The notes under the pieces were generated by a model. It saw only the letters and a list, made by a program, of their open reading frames with translations, was not told where the DNA came from and did not search any database. A stretch of DNA of 64,000 nt, from IMG/VR virus record IMGVR_UViG_3300027798_000036. One strand, written 5' to 3'. How positions within the stretch are numbered: position 1 is the stretch's first letter; every line of letters starts with the position of its first letter. The DNA comes from an uncultured virus (IMG/VR IMGVR_UViG_3300027798_000036). Lineage: Duplodnaviria > Heunggongvirae > Uroviricota > Caudoviricetes. The translations under genes were made by a program, and so were the position numbers. Shown here in pieces: positions 48,430-57,983 of the stretch.

Positions 48430-48479
48430 ATTATATTTCTATATAAATATCAAGTAATATAAAAAATAAACCCCCACTA

Positions 48480-49352
48480 TTAAGTGAGGGTTGTAGTTTC
48501 TTCAAAATCTAATACTTGTTGTCGTCTACCTTCAACAAATACGTTGACTCGTTTCTTGGCAATCTCTGAATAATTTGGACTGAGTTCCACTCCAATCCAT
48601 CTGCGACCCAAGGTTTCTGCGGCAACTAAACTAGTCCCGCTACCAGCGAATGGGTCCAAAACAATATCATTCTTATATGTAAGAATCTTAATTGCCTTTG
48701 TTGGGATGTCCATTGAAAATGTTGCTTTGGTCATACTCTTTGTGTCTGCAAAGTAATGCCATTGACCAAATACCAAATCAATAAAATCACGTTTTTGGGT
48801 GTCGGTGTACATCATTTTGTTTTTCATAACACCGTTCTTATCTTCAACCTCACCCATTTCACCAACCCATTCAGGAACTCCCTTTACAATCTTAATGTGT
48901 TTCTTCTTGTAAGCTAATATAACACACTCTTTTGGATTATAGATGTATGGAGCTGATGGAGACATCCAAGAACCCCAGGCGGTTGTTCTGCTCCTGTGTG
49001 GTGATTCTTCTTCAAGGTCAACAACCCCAAAGAATTTATAACCAATCTTCTTCATTATTTGCCATACTTCACTCACCATGAATATACGTCCACCTTTTGC
49101 TTGACGGTTGGTTTCATAAGGAACGTTAATAGCGATACGACCATCATCCTTCAAAACTCTGAATGCTTCGGTCATCCACTCTTCAGTGAACTTTAAATAA
49201 TCCTCAACAAACATATCATCATCGTGAACATCATATTCAATTCCAACTCCGTATGGTGGGCTGGTTACAATCAGGTCAATACAACCTTCTTCCATAGTTT
49301 TCATCACCTCACGACAATCACCGTTTACTACTTTTCCTATAAAATTCTCCAT
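48480..49352 (-). CDS. beta-class N4-C/N6-A DNA methyltransferase
   Basis: TSPPY and DPFAGSGTS. Confidence 0.92.
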   Translation of the reverse strand: MENFIGKVVNGDCREVMKTMEEGCIDLIVTSPPYGVGIEYDVHDDDMFVEDYLKFTEEWMTEAFRVLKDDGRIAINVPYETNRQAKGGRIFMVSEVWQIMKKIGYKFFGVVDLEEESPHRSRTTAWGSWMSPSAPYIYNPKECVILAYKKKHIKIVKGVPEWVGEMGEVEDKNGVMKNKMMYTDTQKRDFIDLVFGQWHYFADTKSMTKATFSMDIPTKAIKILTYKNDIVLDPFAGSGTSLVAAETLGRRWIGVELSPNYSEIAKKRVNVFVEGRRQQVLDFEETTTLT

Positions 49353-49837
49353 TAAAAATCTTCGTTTGTTATTCTTAAATCATAATCATTAAAGTCTGTA
49401 AAGTCCAACTCATCAGCTTCAATTCTTCTTGTTAATGTATCACCTGGCATTTTTCTGTCAGCCAATCTTTTCTTTCTAATAAACAAGTAAATGTCTACAT
49501 ATATAATAAATGAACTTACCCTGTCTTCAGGTTTGATATGTGATATACCTGCTGGTGTCATAATGAATAGGTCATCAGTAAAAAATTGGTTTACCGTAGT
49601 TCCATACAACCAACCATTAAAATAAACATGTTCATAAAACATATTGGATTCAATCATTTTGGTGGCCTCTTCATCTGTGATAAATAAATAATCTTTACCA
49701 TCAATCTCACCTTCTCTTGGTGGTCTTGTGGTATAAGTAACCGCATATTTGAATCCACGTGATTCAAACTTTTTTCTCAAGTGGTCTTTACCTGAGGCTG
49801 CCTTACCGACAAGGATAATCCTTTTATGGTTTCTCAT
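49352..49837 (-). CDS. guanylate kinase-like P-loop kinase
   Basis: GKAASGKD, TTRPPREGEIDGKDY and YGT. Confidence 0.85.
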   Translation of the reverse strand: MRNHKRIILVGKAASGKDHLRKKFESRGFKYAVTYTTRPPREGEIDGKDYLFITDEEATKMIESNMFYEHVYFNGWLYGTTVNQFFTDDLFIMTPAGISHIKPEDRVSSFIIYVDIYLFIRKKRLADRKMPGDTLTRRIEADELDFTDFNDYDLRITNEDF

Positions 49838-50006
49838 CAGTGTCAACATCTTTCTTATGCACTTTGCGATATACTTCCTTGAAACATTCGGAACATAATT
49901 GTCCCGCACCTTCTACATAAGTCTTGCGGGAATCAACATGGTCATTGATTGAATGACCAGTCTCACATCCACAACTTATACATTTCTCAATATTAATTTT
50001 GTCCAT
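49824..50006 (-). CDS. small zinc-finger-like protein
   Basis: CISC...YVEGAGQLCSEC. Confidence 0.7.
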   Translation of the reverse strand: MDKINIEKCISCGCETGHSINDHVDSRKTYVEGAGQLCSECFKEVYRKVHKKDVDTDEKP

Positions 50007-51024
50007 CATAAAAGTTTGCAAGTTTTAAACTATCCAAAATTACTTTAACAATTCTGTATGGGTCAGCGTTTGAACCTGGTCTTCTATCTTCCAAATAACC
50101 AGTCCAATTAGTTGCGGTAGACAAAGGAACTCTAATTGACGCTCCACGGTCAGCAATACCCCAAGAGAATTTATCCATTGATTGTGTCTCGTGTTTACCT
50201 GTTAATCTAAACTCATTACCCGAACCATAATTTTTAATATGAACATCATGTCTTGATTCAAATGCATTAAAAATAGATTTGAAGTATTCTTCTCCGCCTT
50301 CACTTCTCATTCTTTCATTGGAGAAATTACAGTGCATCCCTGAACCATTCCAATCACCATGTCTTATTGGTTTTGGGTTCAAATCAATAATCAAGTCATA
50401 ATACTCAGCAGTTTTGTACAACAAATAACGAGAAATCCATAAGTCATCAGATGATTTAATAGCCCCTTTGGAAAATAGTTGGTATTCCCATTGACCTAAT
50501 AACACTTCAGCATTTACGCCAGTAATATCCAATCCAGCATTTAGACATAATTGTAAGTGAGTATCCACAAATTCTCTTTGTGCAACATTTTTTGTACCTA
50601 TACCACAATAATACTCACCCTGTGGTGCTGGAAATCCATACTTGGGGAATCCAGCGATGTTACCATCTTTAGTCTTTAAGACATACTCTTGTTCAAATCC
50701 AAACCATACTGAATCATCATCTAAACCTATTTCAGCTCTTAAATTAGATTTATGTTCATTACCAGTCATTGGGTCCATTACTTCACACAAAACATATGTG
50801 GTTGGGTATTGAGTAATGTCAAATGAAGGATAAAGTCTTACAGGTCTAAGAATACAATCTGAAAAATTACCTTCCGCTTGTTTAGTTGATGAACCATCAA
50901 AAGACCACAATGGTAAATCTTCTAATTGAAATTCCATTGGGAGGTCAAGGATTTTAATCTTGCTTCTCAAGTTTGGTTCAGGTGTATACCCGTCTAACCA
51001 AATATATTCTAATTTTGTTTTCAT
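49993..51024 (-). CDS. glnII: glutamine synthetase type II
   Basis: EYIWLDG, FDGSST, GFEQEY, NAEV..GQWEYQ, WNGSGMH, RLTGKHET, DRGASIR and EDRRP. Confidence 0.95.
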   Translation of the reverse strand: MKTKLEYIWLDGYTPEPNLRSKIKILDLPMEFQLEDLPLWSFDGSSTKQAEGNFSDCILRPVRLYPSFDITQYPTTYVLCEVMDPMTGNEHKSNLRAEIGLDDDSVWFGFEQEYVLKTKDGNIAGFPKYGFPAPQGEYYCGIGTKNVAQREFVDTHLQLCLNAGLDITGVNAEVLLGQWEYQLFSKGAIKSSDDLWISRYLLYKTAEYYDLIIDLNPKPIRHGDWNGSGMHCNFSNERMRSEGGEEYFKSIFNAFESRHDVHIKNYGSGNEFRLTGKHETQSMDKFSWGIADRGASIRVPLSTATNWTGYLEDRRPGSNADPYRIVKVILDSLKLANFYDGQN

Positions 51025-51206
51025 TATTTGTTCCCGTAATAACCAGATGATAATGAAGACTCTTCAATCACTCCTTCATCAATTAATTTATCCAATATCT
51101 TTTTTGTTTCTTTTTCAGTCAACTTCAAAATGTATTTTGAAATATAACTGATGTGTACTGGTTGTCTTAATTTTGTGTTAAGTAATTTTTTAGTCTTGTC
51201 ATCCAT
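51024..51206 (-). CDS. small winged-helix-like protein
   Basis: 60-aa ORF coupled to the glutamine synthetase gene. Confidence 0.6.
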   Translation of the reverse strand: MDDKTKKLLNTKLRQPVHISYISKYILKLTEKETKKILDKLIDEGVIEESSLSSGYYGNK

Positions 51207-51263
51207 GTTGTTTTATGTTTTTTTAAACTCCATAATTTTTTTCTTACAAGTTCACCCAAGACA

Positions 51264-51500
51264 TTATCGTTTGGATTTTCTAGAACTTCTTTTTCCGTAA
51301 GACACACTTTTTTGTCCTTCATCATTAGATTGTTTTGTCTTTTTATCCGGCATCTCTACAGTCACCACAGACTTATCTTTTTTCCATTCAGACTTGGGTG
51401 TGTATACCCAACCTAAGAAAGTTTGCAATACTAATTTGTGAGCGGCTTGGTCGTGTAATCGTTTGATTTCACCTGACTTTGAGTTTTTTAGTGTTTTCAT
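51264..51500 (-). CDS. small basic protein
   Basis: GWVYTPKSEWK. Confidence 0.65.
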   Translation of the reverse strand: MKTLKNSKSGEIKRLHDQAAHKLVLQTFLGWVYTPKSEWKKDKSVVTVEMPDKKTKQSNDEGQKSVSYGKRSSRKSKR

Positions 51501-51518
51501 AGTATAAAATATATGTTT

Positions 51519-51731
51519 TTAATTTTGTTCAATCAAGGGTGCTGAATTTTTTAAAATAAATTCTTTTATTTCTTGGTCAGAAACACCTTCATTATGTAAT
51601 TGATATGCTTGATGTGACACTTCATCTGTAAATATACATATGTCAGAAGCAAAATAATTCTTCAGTGGATAATCTTTGTTTATCTCACGTAAAATTAACT
51701 CTTTGGAAAAGTACCGTCTATTAAAACCCAT
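51519..51731 (-). CDS. hypothetical protein
   Basis: 70-aa ORF in an operon. Confidence 0.6.
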   Translation of the reverse strand: MGFNRRYFSKELILREINKDYPLKNYFASDICIFTDEVSHQAYQLHNEGVSDQEIKEFILKNSAPLIEQN

Positions 51732-52096
51732 TGACCTTCAGTATTTAGTTTAACACTACAAATATACAAAAATTTACATTCATGTGGAGCAATCATTGAT
51801 AAAAAATTTATAGTTTTTTCATTCTGATACACATAATAAGTGTCGCCTACTATTGGTTCAAATTTAAGGTCAATACTAAAGATAAATTCATTGAGTTTAT
51901 AAGCATCAACCAATTTTTCCATTTCGGATTTTAGTTCACTAAATCTTTTGTCAACAAAATTATTGAACTTAGTGACTTGTTTTCTTTTAAAATGGTCTGT
52001 GTCTTCAACAACAATAACTGGTGACCCTACATTACTTGCGTAAGGTAATAAGTTAAACTTTGTCTCAGCCTTTTCATAGTGAGATGGTGTACTCAT
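51695..52096 (-). CDS. DUF2452-like protein
   Basis: LPYASNVGSP...FEPIVGDTYYVY...LSMIAP. Confidence 0.75.
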   Translation of the reverse strand: MSTPSHYEKAETKFNLLPYASNVGSPVIVVEDTDHFKRKQVTKFNNFVDKRFSELKSEMEKLVDAYKLNEFIFSIDLKFEPIVGDTYYVYQNEKTINFLSMIAPHECKFLYICSVKLNTEGQWVLIDGTFPKS

Positions 52097-52821
52097 ACTA
52101 ACTGAGTGAAGTAAGATTGTACTTTCCTCTTGAATAAAGGTAATAATGTATGTTCCAACGGTAGGTTCTGTGTTGAAAATGCTTCAAAGATTGGATACGC
52201 TAAACTTTTTGTGTCTGAATACTCACGGATAACTTCTGTGAATTTTTTATCGTGACCCTTGTATATTAAATTGAAATCTATTTTAGTATCGTGTTTTTTA
52301 TTGGATAGTTGTTCAAACTTTCCTTCCCACACATAAACCTCTTTGTTAAACAAATCTTGATATACCACATATGAATTGTTAAGTAATAGATTCTTTTTGT
52401 TCTTTCTTAATTTAATTGATGTTGACTGGTAAGATAATTCCCATATTCCTTTACAGATTGTAAAATATTGAAGTAGTTTTTCTTGTGAGTACTCAAGTAT
52501 TTGTTTAATCTCATCTAACTCAGTGGTTGTAAATTTCTTTCTTGTCTTTTTTGATTTGAGTTCATATAACATAATCTCATCATCAATGGAATTTAATTCC
52601 TTATTAATAAAAACATATTTGTTTGATTTAAGAAAACTTCCAATGGATGCCATGTGAAGCGATATCTCAGTAAAGAACGGATAAATTTCACCTCTTGATA
52701 AAGCATCCTCCACTTTCATCAAAAACGAATTTAATACATATTCCTTGTGCTCAAAATCAATTGGGTCTTTTAAAAACCAATCTGAGGGGAGTATAAATTT
52801 TATTTGTTTTTTGTCTTCCAT
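52093..52821 (-). CDS. conserved hypothetical protein
   Basis: DWF..PIDFEHKEYVL...PLEHTLLP. Confidence 0.75.
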   Translation of the reverse strand: MEDKKQIKFILPSDWFLKDPIDFEHKEYVLNSFLMKVEDALSRGEIYPFFTEISLHMASIGSFLKSNKYVFINKELNSIDDEIMLYELKSKKTRKKFTTTELDEIKQILEYSQEKLLQYFTICKGIWELSYQSTSIKLRKNKKNLLLNNSYVVYQDLFNKEVYVWEGKFEQLSNKKHDTKIDFNLIYKGHDKKFTEVIREYSDTKSLAYPIFEAFSTQNLPLEHTLLPLFKRKVQSYFTQLV

Positions 52822-52864
52822 AAACTAATAATAAAAAAGGTTTATGGATTATGAATACTAAAGA

Positions 52865-54649
52865 TTAATGAAAGTCGCCATCATAGAAAATGTAGTACGT
52901 TTCACCTTCAAAAGATACACTTTCTTCACTTCCGTCATAGTTATTCAAAATTGTACCATATCCATCAGCATCAACAACCGCTTGAGCAAAATCATCTTCA
53001 TCAATAAAACCATTACTTGTTGCCCATTCACTAAAGTCATTACCACCCAAATAATTTTCATAAAAATCTTTAGCGTCATATCTATGTTCAGATATTTTAT
53101 CTGCAACTATAGAATCTAACTTATACTCATCATACTCACCATCTGGGTCATCTTCAATTTCTTCAATTTCATTATTTGCCTCATCAATCTCATCACCCAT
53201 TCTGTCATATTCATCACTATAATCTTCATCTTCATCATCTAAACTATCCCTTTCAGACTCTAAATTTAAAACCATTTGTTTTAATTCTACAATTCTGGCT
53301 TCTTGACTACGGCTCAATTCTTTATCACTATCATCTAAATAAACTTCAGGATTATTGTAAACATCCTCTTCAAAAAAATCTTTTAAATATACCCTAAAAC
53401 TATCATCATCAAAATGTTCCATTACAAATGATTCATTATAACCATCATATCCTACATCATCCAACATATCTTTTACATATCTCACGGCTTCTCTTTCAGT
53501 ATCATCAGAATCACCAACTTTCCATCTACCTTGAAATTCTGTTGTTGTAAATTCTTTTAAAACATAATCACCAGTAGGTAACATATTATACACATCCATC
53601 TTGGCGTCTAATTCGGTTAACTCATCTTCCAACTCACTTATTTCATCCAACAAATCTCCTCTAACTTCTTCGTCATTATCATATTCCGCTTGAAGTCTGG
53701 TAATTTCATTTTCAATTCTTGCAATTTCACTTTTATCTTCAGGTGTTTTTTCTTCAATTGTTCCTTCACTAATTAAAAAGTTAAAAAGAGCGTGAGCACA
53801 AGAACCCATATCACCTTGAGATAAATTATCTAAACTCCACTCATCATCTTCTCTTCTTTGATTAGCAGATTCAATTAAACCATTTTCAACTCTTTGTTGT
53901 TCTACTCTTGCTAATCTTTTTCTTTCAATCGCAAGCGTTTCTTTATCACCCCAAATTTCAAGTTCCTTGGCATATTTCTCTCTGATATATAAATCAATGT
54001 ATTGTTTTATACGAGCAAGTTCATTTGTTCCCATAATCCAACCACTGGTGAATTTATCGTCAGGAGCATCAAAATAAGATTCATCACCATCAAACTTTTT
54101 CAATAACGCAACTTTGTAGAATCTATCAGATGTTGCTTTTGTTTTATCTAAGATATAAAACAATTTCCCATCCTTCATATAGTTGTTAAAGTGTGTATTG
54201 TCAGCACTTGATGCTGTACACCATTTGGTACCAGCACCATAATAACAAGACGCTGTGGTTGTAAGTGGTGCGACAACGGTAAATTGGTCATTTTCAAAAA
54301 CAATGTCCGCACCTTCAATAGATTTTACCGTTCTTCTTATTCTAGTTTCATATTCTTCAATCGCAGAATATAACTCAGCAAATGTTTTGTATTGATTAAT
54401 ATCTTTGATTTGTAAATTGGGACCGATAGATACAAACTTCTTTAAAGTGTCTTTTATTTTTTCATCTAATAATCCACCAGCAATTGTTGGAGGTAATGCT
54501 CTACCTAAGAAAGTCAAAAACTTTGAACCATTTGGAATTTCATTAACCATCTTAATAATGGCATCTAACTTTTCAGGAGAAAACTTTTTCCCGTAAGTTG
54601 TTTTGAAGTCTTCTTCTCTTCCCTCTAATAACAAATTAATAAATTTCAT
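52865..54649 (-). CDS. large acidic protein with 'YGxxxKWCT' domain and coiled coils
   Basis: ASCYYGAGTKWCTAS; MKFINLLLE start. Confidence 0.8.
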   Translation of the reverse strand: MKFINLLLEGREEDFKTTYGKKFSPEKLDAIIKMVNEIPNGSKFLTFLGRALPPTIAGGLLDEKIKDTLKKFVSIGPNLQIKDINQYKTFAELYSAIEEYETRIRRTVKSIEGADIVFENDQFTVVAPLTTTASCYYGAGTKWCTASSADNTHFNNYMKDGKLFYILDKTKATSDRFYKVALLKKFDGDESYFDAPDDKFTSGWIMGTNELARIKQYIDLYIREKYAKELEIWGDKETLAIERKRLARVEQQRVENGLIESANQRREDDEWSLDNLSQGDMGSCAHALFNFLISEGTIEEKTPEDKSEIARIENEITRLQAEYDNDEEVRGDLLDEISELEDELTELDAKMDVYNMLPTGDYVLKEFTTTEFQGRWKVGDSDDTEREAVRYVKDMLDDVGYDGYNESFVMEHFDDDSFRVYLKDFFEEDVYNNPEVYLDDSDKELSRSQEARIVELKQMVLNLESERDSLDDEDEDYSDEYDRMGDEIDEANNEIEEIEDDPDGEYDEYKLDSIVADKISEHRYDAKDFYENYLGGNDFSEWATSNGFIDEDDFAQAVVDADGYGTILNNYDGSEESVSFEGETYYIFYDGDFH

Positions 54650-54758
54650 TATTCAATTTACTATAAATATTAATAAACTTGTAATATACACACAAACTTA
54701 ATAAACAGATTGTATTAAACAACTATTTATGTATAATAAACCTTAATAATATAAAACC

Positions 54759-54908
54759 ATGGGATGCGGATGTAAAAACAACGGTATAGTGCAACAACCA
54801 CAAGCACAACCACAGGGTCAACCAATTAACAGAACACAGAACCAAAGTCAAACGATTCAACAGTCAATTAAAAAGACGGTTCAAAAGTATTACAATCAAA
54901 AAAAATAA
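54759..54908 (+). CDS. 49-aa MGCGCK peptide, Gln-rich
   Basis: clean ORF with TATTTAT upstream; absent from the ORF track. Confidence 0.7.
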   Translation: MGCGCKNNGIVQQPQAQPQGQPINRTQNQSQTIQQSIKKTVQKYYNQKK

Positions 54909-54962
54909 TACTCTTTAATATGGGAAGTGAAAACTTCCCATTTTTTTTGTATTTATATTACT

Positions 54963-55988
54963 ATGGAAGATAAAATATCAGCCTTAATAGATAAATTTTA
55001 TGATAATCCGTCTGGTGTTGCCAAAAACTTTGGTGGACCAGAACAATTCATAAAATTTGTTTTAACAAAAGGTAATCCTGAAGAACATTATTTGGACCCA
55101 AAAAATCAATTCTTCTATGATGAAGGATTACAAGACTTATTGATTTGGGAACAATACCAATCCACACCTAATAAACTTGAGTATCTTAAACGTTTTATTA
55201 GTGATTTTTTAGAAAGTGATTTGGTTGTTGAAAATGATAGAATTATTTGGTTAATAGATAAAGATGATTTATTGATGGTTTTTGATGATAGGGGTAGAGA
55301 TGGTACCGCTAAATATGCTGCTGAAATGGTATTTAACGAGGATTATAATGAACATTTTAATGATGTTATAGATGATTTTTATAATGATTGTGTAAGAACA
55401 TTAAACGACAAAAATGAAATTTTATTGGCAAATAAAATTGTTTCTGAATTACCACCATTAACTTCAGAGGATATTGAACAAACATCATTTTTAGAAGAGC
55501 TTTGGGAGATTGAAGGTCAAAGTGGTTTTTTAAGTATTACTTCCGATAATATTTCAGAATTATTGGGGGACAATGAAACAACCGACTATATTATAACTAA
55601 TTTTTTTCCTGATTTAAAAAATGATATGATGAATGCTTACCATAACGCATTTAACACAGCATATGAAGATGAATTATCCAAAGAAGTTTATAGCAATTTA
55701 GAAGGGTTTTTTGGTGATTCAGGTAAGATGGTTAATGTAGGTACCAATCGTGCCGGAAATGATATTTGGACTTACGCAATTGATGTAACCAACACATTTG
55801 ATTATTTATTCAAAGAATTTTTTATGAATTGGAGCAACCATTACAACCCAATTGAATATTATGGTTCTTTCAAGGAAATGTTAAACCAATTATTTGATGA
55901 TGGTCTTAACAAAATTGACTTTACCATTCCTGATTATCCAGATTCAGATGAAATTGAAAGTGCGTATAACGAATACGTTGAAATTTAA
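54963..55988 (+). CDS. acidic hypothetical protein
   Basis: TATTTAT-N6-ATG. Confidence 0.8.
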   Translation: MEDKISALIDKFYDNPSGVAKNFGGPEQFIKFVLTKGNPEEHYLDPKNQFFYDEGLQDLLIWEQYQSTPNKLEYLKRFISDFLESDLVVENDRIIWLIDKDDLLMVFDDRGRDGTAKYAAEMVFNEDYNEHFNDVIDDFYNDCVRTLNDKNEILLANKIVSELPPLTSEDIEQTSFLEELWEIEGQSGFLSITSDNISELLGDNETTDYIITNFFPDLKNDMMNAYHNAFNTAYEDELSKEVYSNLEGFFGDSGKMVNVGTNRAGNDIWTYAIDVTNTFDYLFKEFFMNWSNHYNPIEYYGSFKEMLNQLFDDGLNKIDFTIPDYPDSDEIESAYNEYVEI

Positions 55989-56033
55989 TTAACCCTTTAT
56001 ACTATCAAATTAAATTCATAAGTTTTAACCAAT

Positions 56034-56849
56034 ATGAATTTAATCAACCCCGATTCTATAGAAGGAATTATTAATCATTTTGCAAATCATTTATTAGAAC
56101 AAGTTGGTGATAACTTAATTAACGAGAACACCTTCCAAGTATCATATTATTTTCCATCCATTATGGTTGTGTCAGGTTCAATTACATCTGATAATGAATT
56201 CTTTAATCTACCAAAACAATTTGAAATCTTTAAGGAAAAATACAAATATGAATTTCCAAGTACGAAATTAAGATTCATTGATAATATCAGATACAACACA
56301 TCATCATCATACAATCAAAATTGGCACAGGTTCTACAATACCCCAAGACCGTTGTATAATGAATATCAACTCAGTACATACATTGAGAAAGATTATAGGT
56401 CAATGAAGTCAAGTGCTATTGTTAGTATTGGTGAAGACTATTCAAACGTATCCACATTCTTTTTTGATGATAATCGTTTAACATATCTTTCAAATTCCAC
56501 ACATCATAGTCAATACCCACACGGTTATTCAAAAGAATTAAGAAAGAAATTATACTCAATGGAGTTTATTGCCTACAACATGTTCAGGGTATCTAAATCA
56601 AAAGTGATGGACATCCATACTTGGGGTGAAACACCTGAAACATTTACAATGAATGATAATATGTTCAAAATAAGAACAAACTCAAGATGGAGCAATGAAA
56701 AATTGTCATCAGTTGCACTTGATGTTTTATGTGATTATAACATCAATGAAGCAATTGAAGACTACGATATTAATGATGATTTGTTTCTACCAATAGCCGA
56801 CAAGCCATGGAATGAACATTATAAGATGGATGAATTAATTCTATTTTAA
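56034..56849 (+). CDS. hypothetical protein, possibly a highly diverged MetK-fold protein
   Basis: weak pattern similarity only. Confidence 0.5.
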   Translation: MNLINPDSIEGIINHFANHLLEQVGDNLINENTFQVSYYFPSIMVVSGSITSDNEFFNLPKQFEIFKEKYKYEFPSTKLRFIDNIRYNTSSSYNQNWHRFYNTPRPLYNEYQLSTYIEKDYRSMKSSAIVSIGEDYSNVSTFFFDDNRLTYLSNSTHHSQYPHGYSKELRKKLYSMEFIAYNMFRVSKSKVMDIHTWGETPETFTMNDNMFKIRTNSRWSNEKLSSVALDVLCDYNINEAIEDYDINDDLFLPIADKPWNEHYKMDELILF

Positions 56850-56852
56850 TAA

Positions 56853-56890
56853 GTTTCGTAACAAATACTATATACTATTTGTTACGAAAT
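56853..56890. terminator. inverted repeat between convergent genes
   Basis: TTTCGTAACAAATA-N8-TATTTGTTACGAAA. Confidence 0.65.
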
Positions 56891-56910
56891 CCCTTCAACT
56901 GAATGACCAG

Positions 56911-57183
56911 TTAAGCAATTTGTTCCTGAATAAGAGTAATCGCTTCTTCCAACTCTTGAAAGTCCCTGTCAGGTGCATAAAACTTAGCATCTGTTGTACC
57001 TTCCTCAATAATCATTATTGCCGGTACATATTCATTATCAGTTACTTTAACAAACAAACTATATTCTTCTTCGTTTTCATTAATATCCGCTTCAATATAT
57101 TCAATACCCTCTTTGGTTAACATATCTTTGAAGTCAGTACAATGTGGACATCCATCCATCGTGAAAACTAAAACGTGTTTCAT
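56911..57183 (-). CDS. glutaredoxin-like protein
   Basis: CPHC motif and YVP. Confidence 0.88.
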   Translation of the reverse strand: MKHVLVFTMDGCPHCTDFKDMLTKEGIEYIEADINENEEEYSLFVKVTDNEYVPAIMIIEEGTTDAKFYAPDRDFQELEEAITLIQEQIA

Positions 57184-57479
57184 TAATTTAAGAAACTATC
57201 AAATTCAGATTCTTGTAGGATACCTGTATGAGATTTAACTACTGAAGAACCTTCATAAAGTTTAAGTGTTGGTACACTACGGACGTTTTGTTCTAATGTA
57301 AATTTAATGTCAGAATCTACATCAAATTTGTAAATTGGAACACCCAATTTGTCACCACTTGTTTCCAAGATACGACCTAACATTTTGCATGGTCCACACC
57401 ATTTGGCAAAATAATCAATTATGAATCTCTCACCAGATTCCATCTTCTCTCTTAGTTGTTCAACTGTTAGTTCTTGCAT
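57183..57479 (-). CDS. trxA: thioredoxin
   Basis: WCGPCK and VRSVPT. Confidence 0.92.
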   Translation of the reverse strand: MQELTVEQLREKMESGERFIIDYFAKWCGPCKMLGRILETSGDKLGVPIYKFDVDSDIKFTLEQNVRSVPTLKLYEGSSVVKSHTGILQESEFDSFLN

Positions 57480-57780
57480 TTTGTTTTTTCTTTAGTCTTG
57501 TTATAAAAAATACAACCTCGTCATATTGTTCAGGTTTAAAGTGTATCTTTAAACTATAAAATGATGGGTTAATTTGTTTTATATAAATATAGAAAGATGC
57601 ACTTGTTTCGTAAATACCTTTGACAATATTTCCAGTGGATGTAACGTCAAAGTATATTGGTTTCATTTTGAAAATTTCATCCACAACGGTAAGTTCCCCC
57701 ACCTCAATTTCGGATAGGGGAACTCCATTTTCTTTTTCAAGATGTAGGATTACTCTTTCTATTTTATTGGGGTAATCCAT
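57460..57780 (-). CDS. hypothetical protein
   Basis: 106-aa ORF in an operon. Confidence 0.7.
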   Translation of the reverse strand: MDYPNKIERVILHLEKENGVPLSEIEVGELTVVDEIFKMKPIYFDVTSTGNIVKGIYETSASFYIYIKQINPSFYSLKIHFKPEQYDEVVFFITRLKKKQNARTNS

Positions 57781-57932
57781 TAACCTTGACCGCGATACGC
57801 TTTTTTATAATTTTTGGATTGTTTGTGTTTGGATGTCTTTGTTTTTGCTTGGACACCAGGACGAGACACTTTTGCCTTTTCTTTGTACTTCAATGAGTAA
57901 CTTGAGGTTGATTTTACGGGTTTCTTAGCCAT
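57780..57932 (-). CDS. 50-aa very basic peptide ending YRGQG
   Basis: MAKKPVKSTSSYSLKYKEKAKVSRPGVQAKTKTSKHKQSKNYKKAYRGQG; TAATG coupling; absent from the ORF track. Confidence 0.75.
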   Translation of the reverse strand: MAKKPVKSTSSYSLKYKEKAKVSRPGVQAKTKTSKHKQSKNYKKAYRGQG

Positions 57933-57983
57933 TTCTTATATGTTTTATATTGTTAGATTGTTATACAAAGATACTGATAATTT

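Noticed and set aside
14612..51024. Reading the window as a bacterial chromosome because of nuoB, ppsA, rmlC and glnII
   Set aside because: Each gene is isolated from its normal operon and embedded among phage-type ORFs. Viral identity remains an inference because no structural hallmark gene is in the window.
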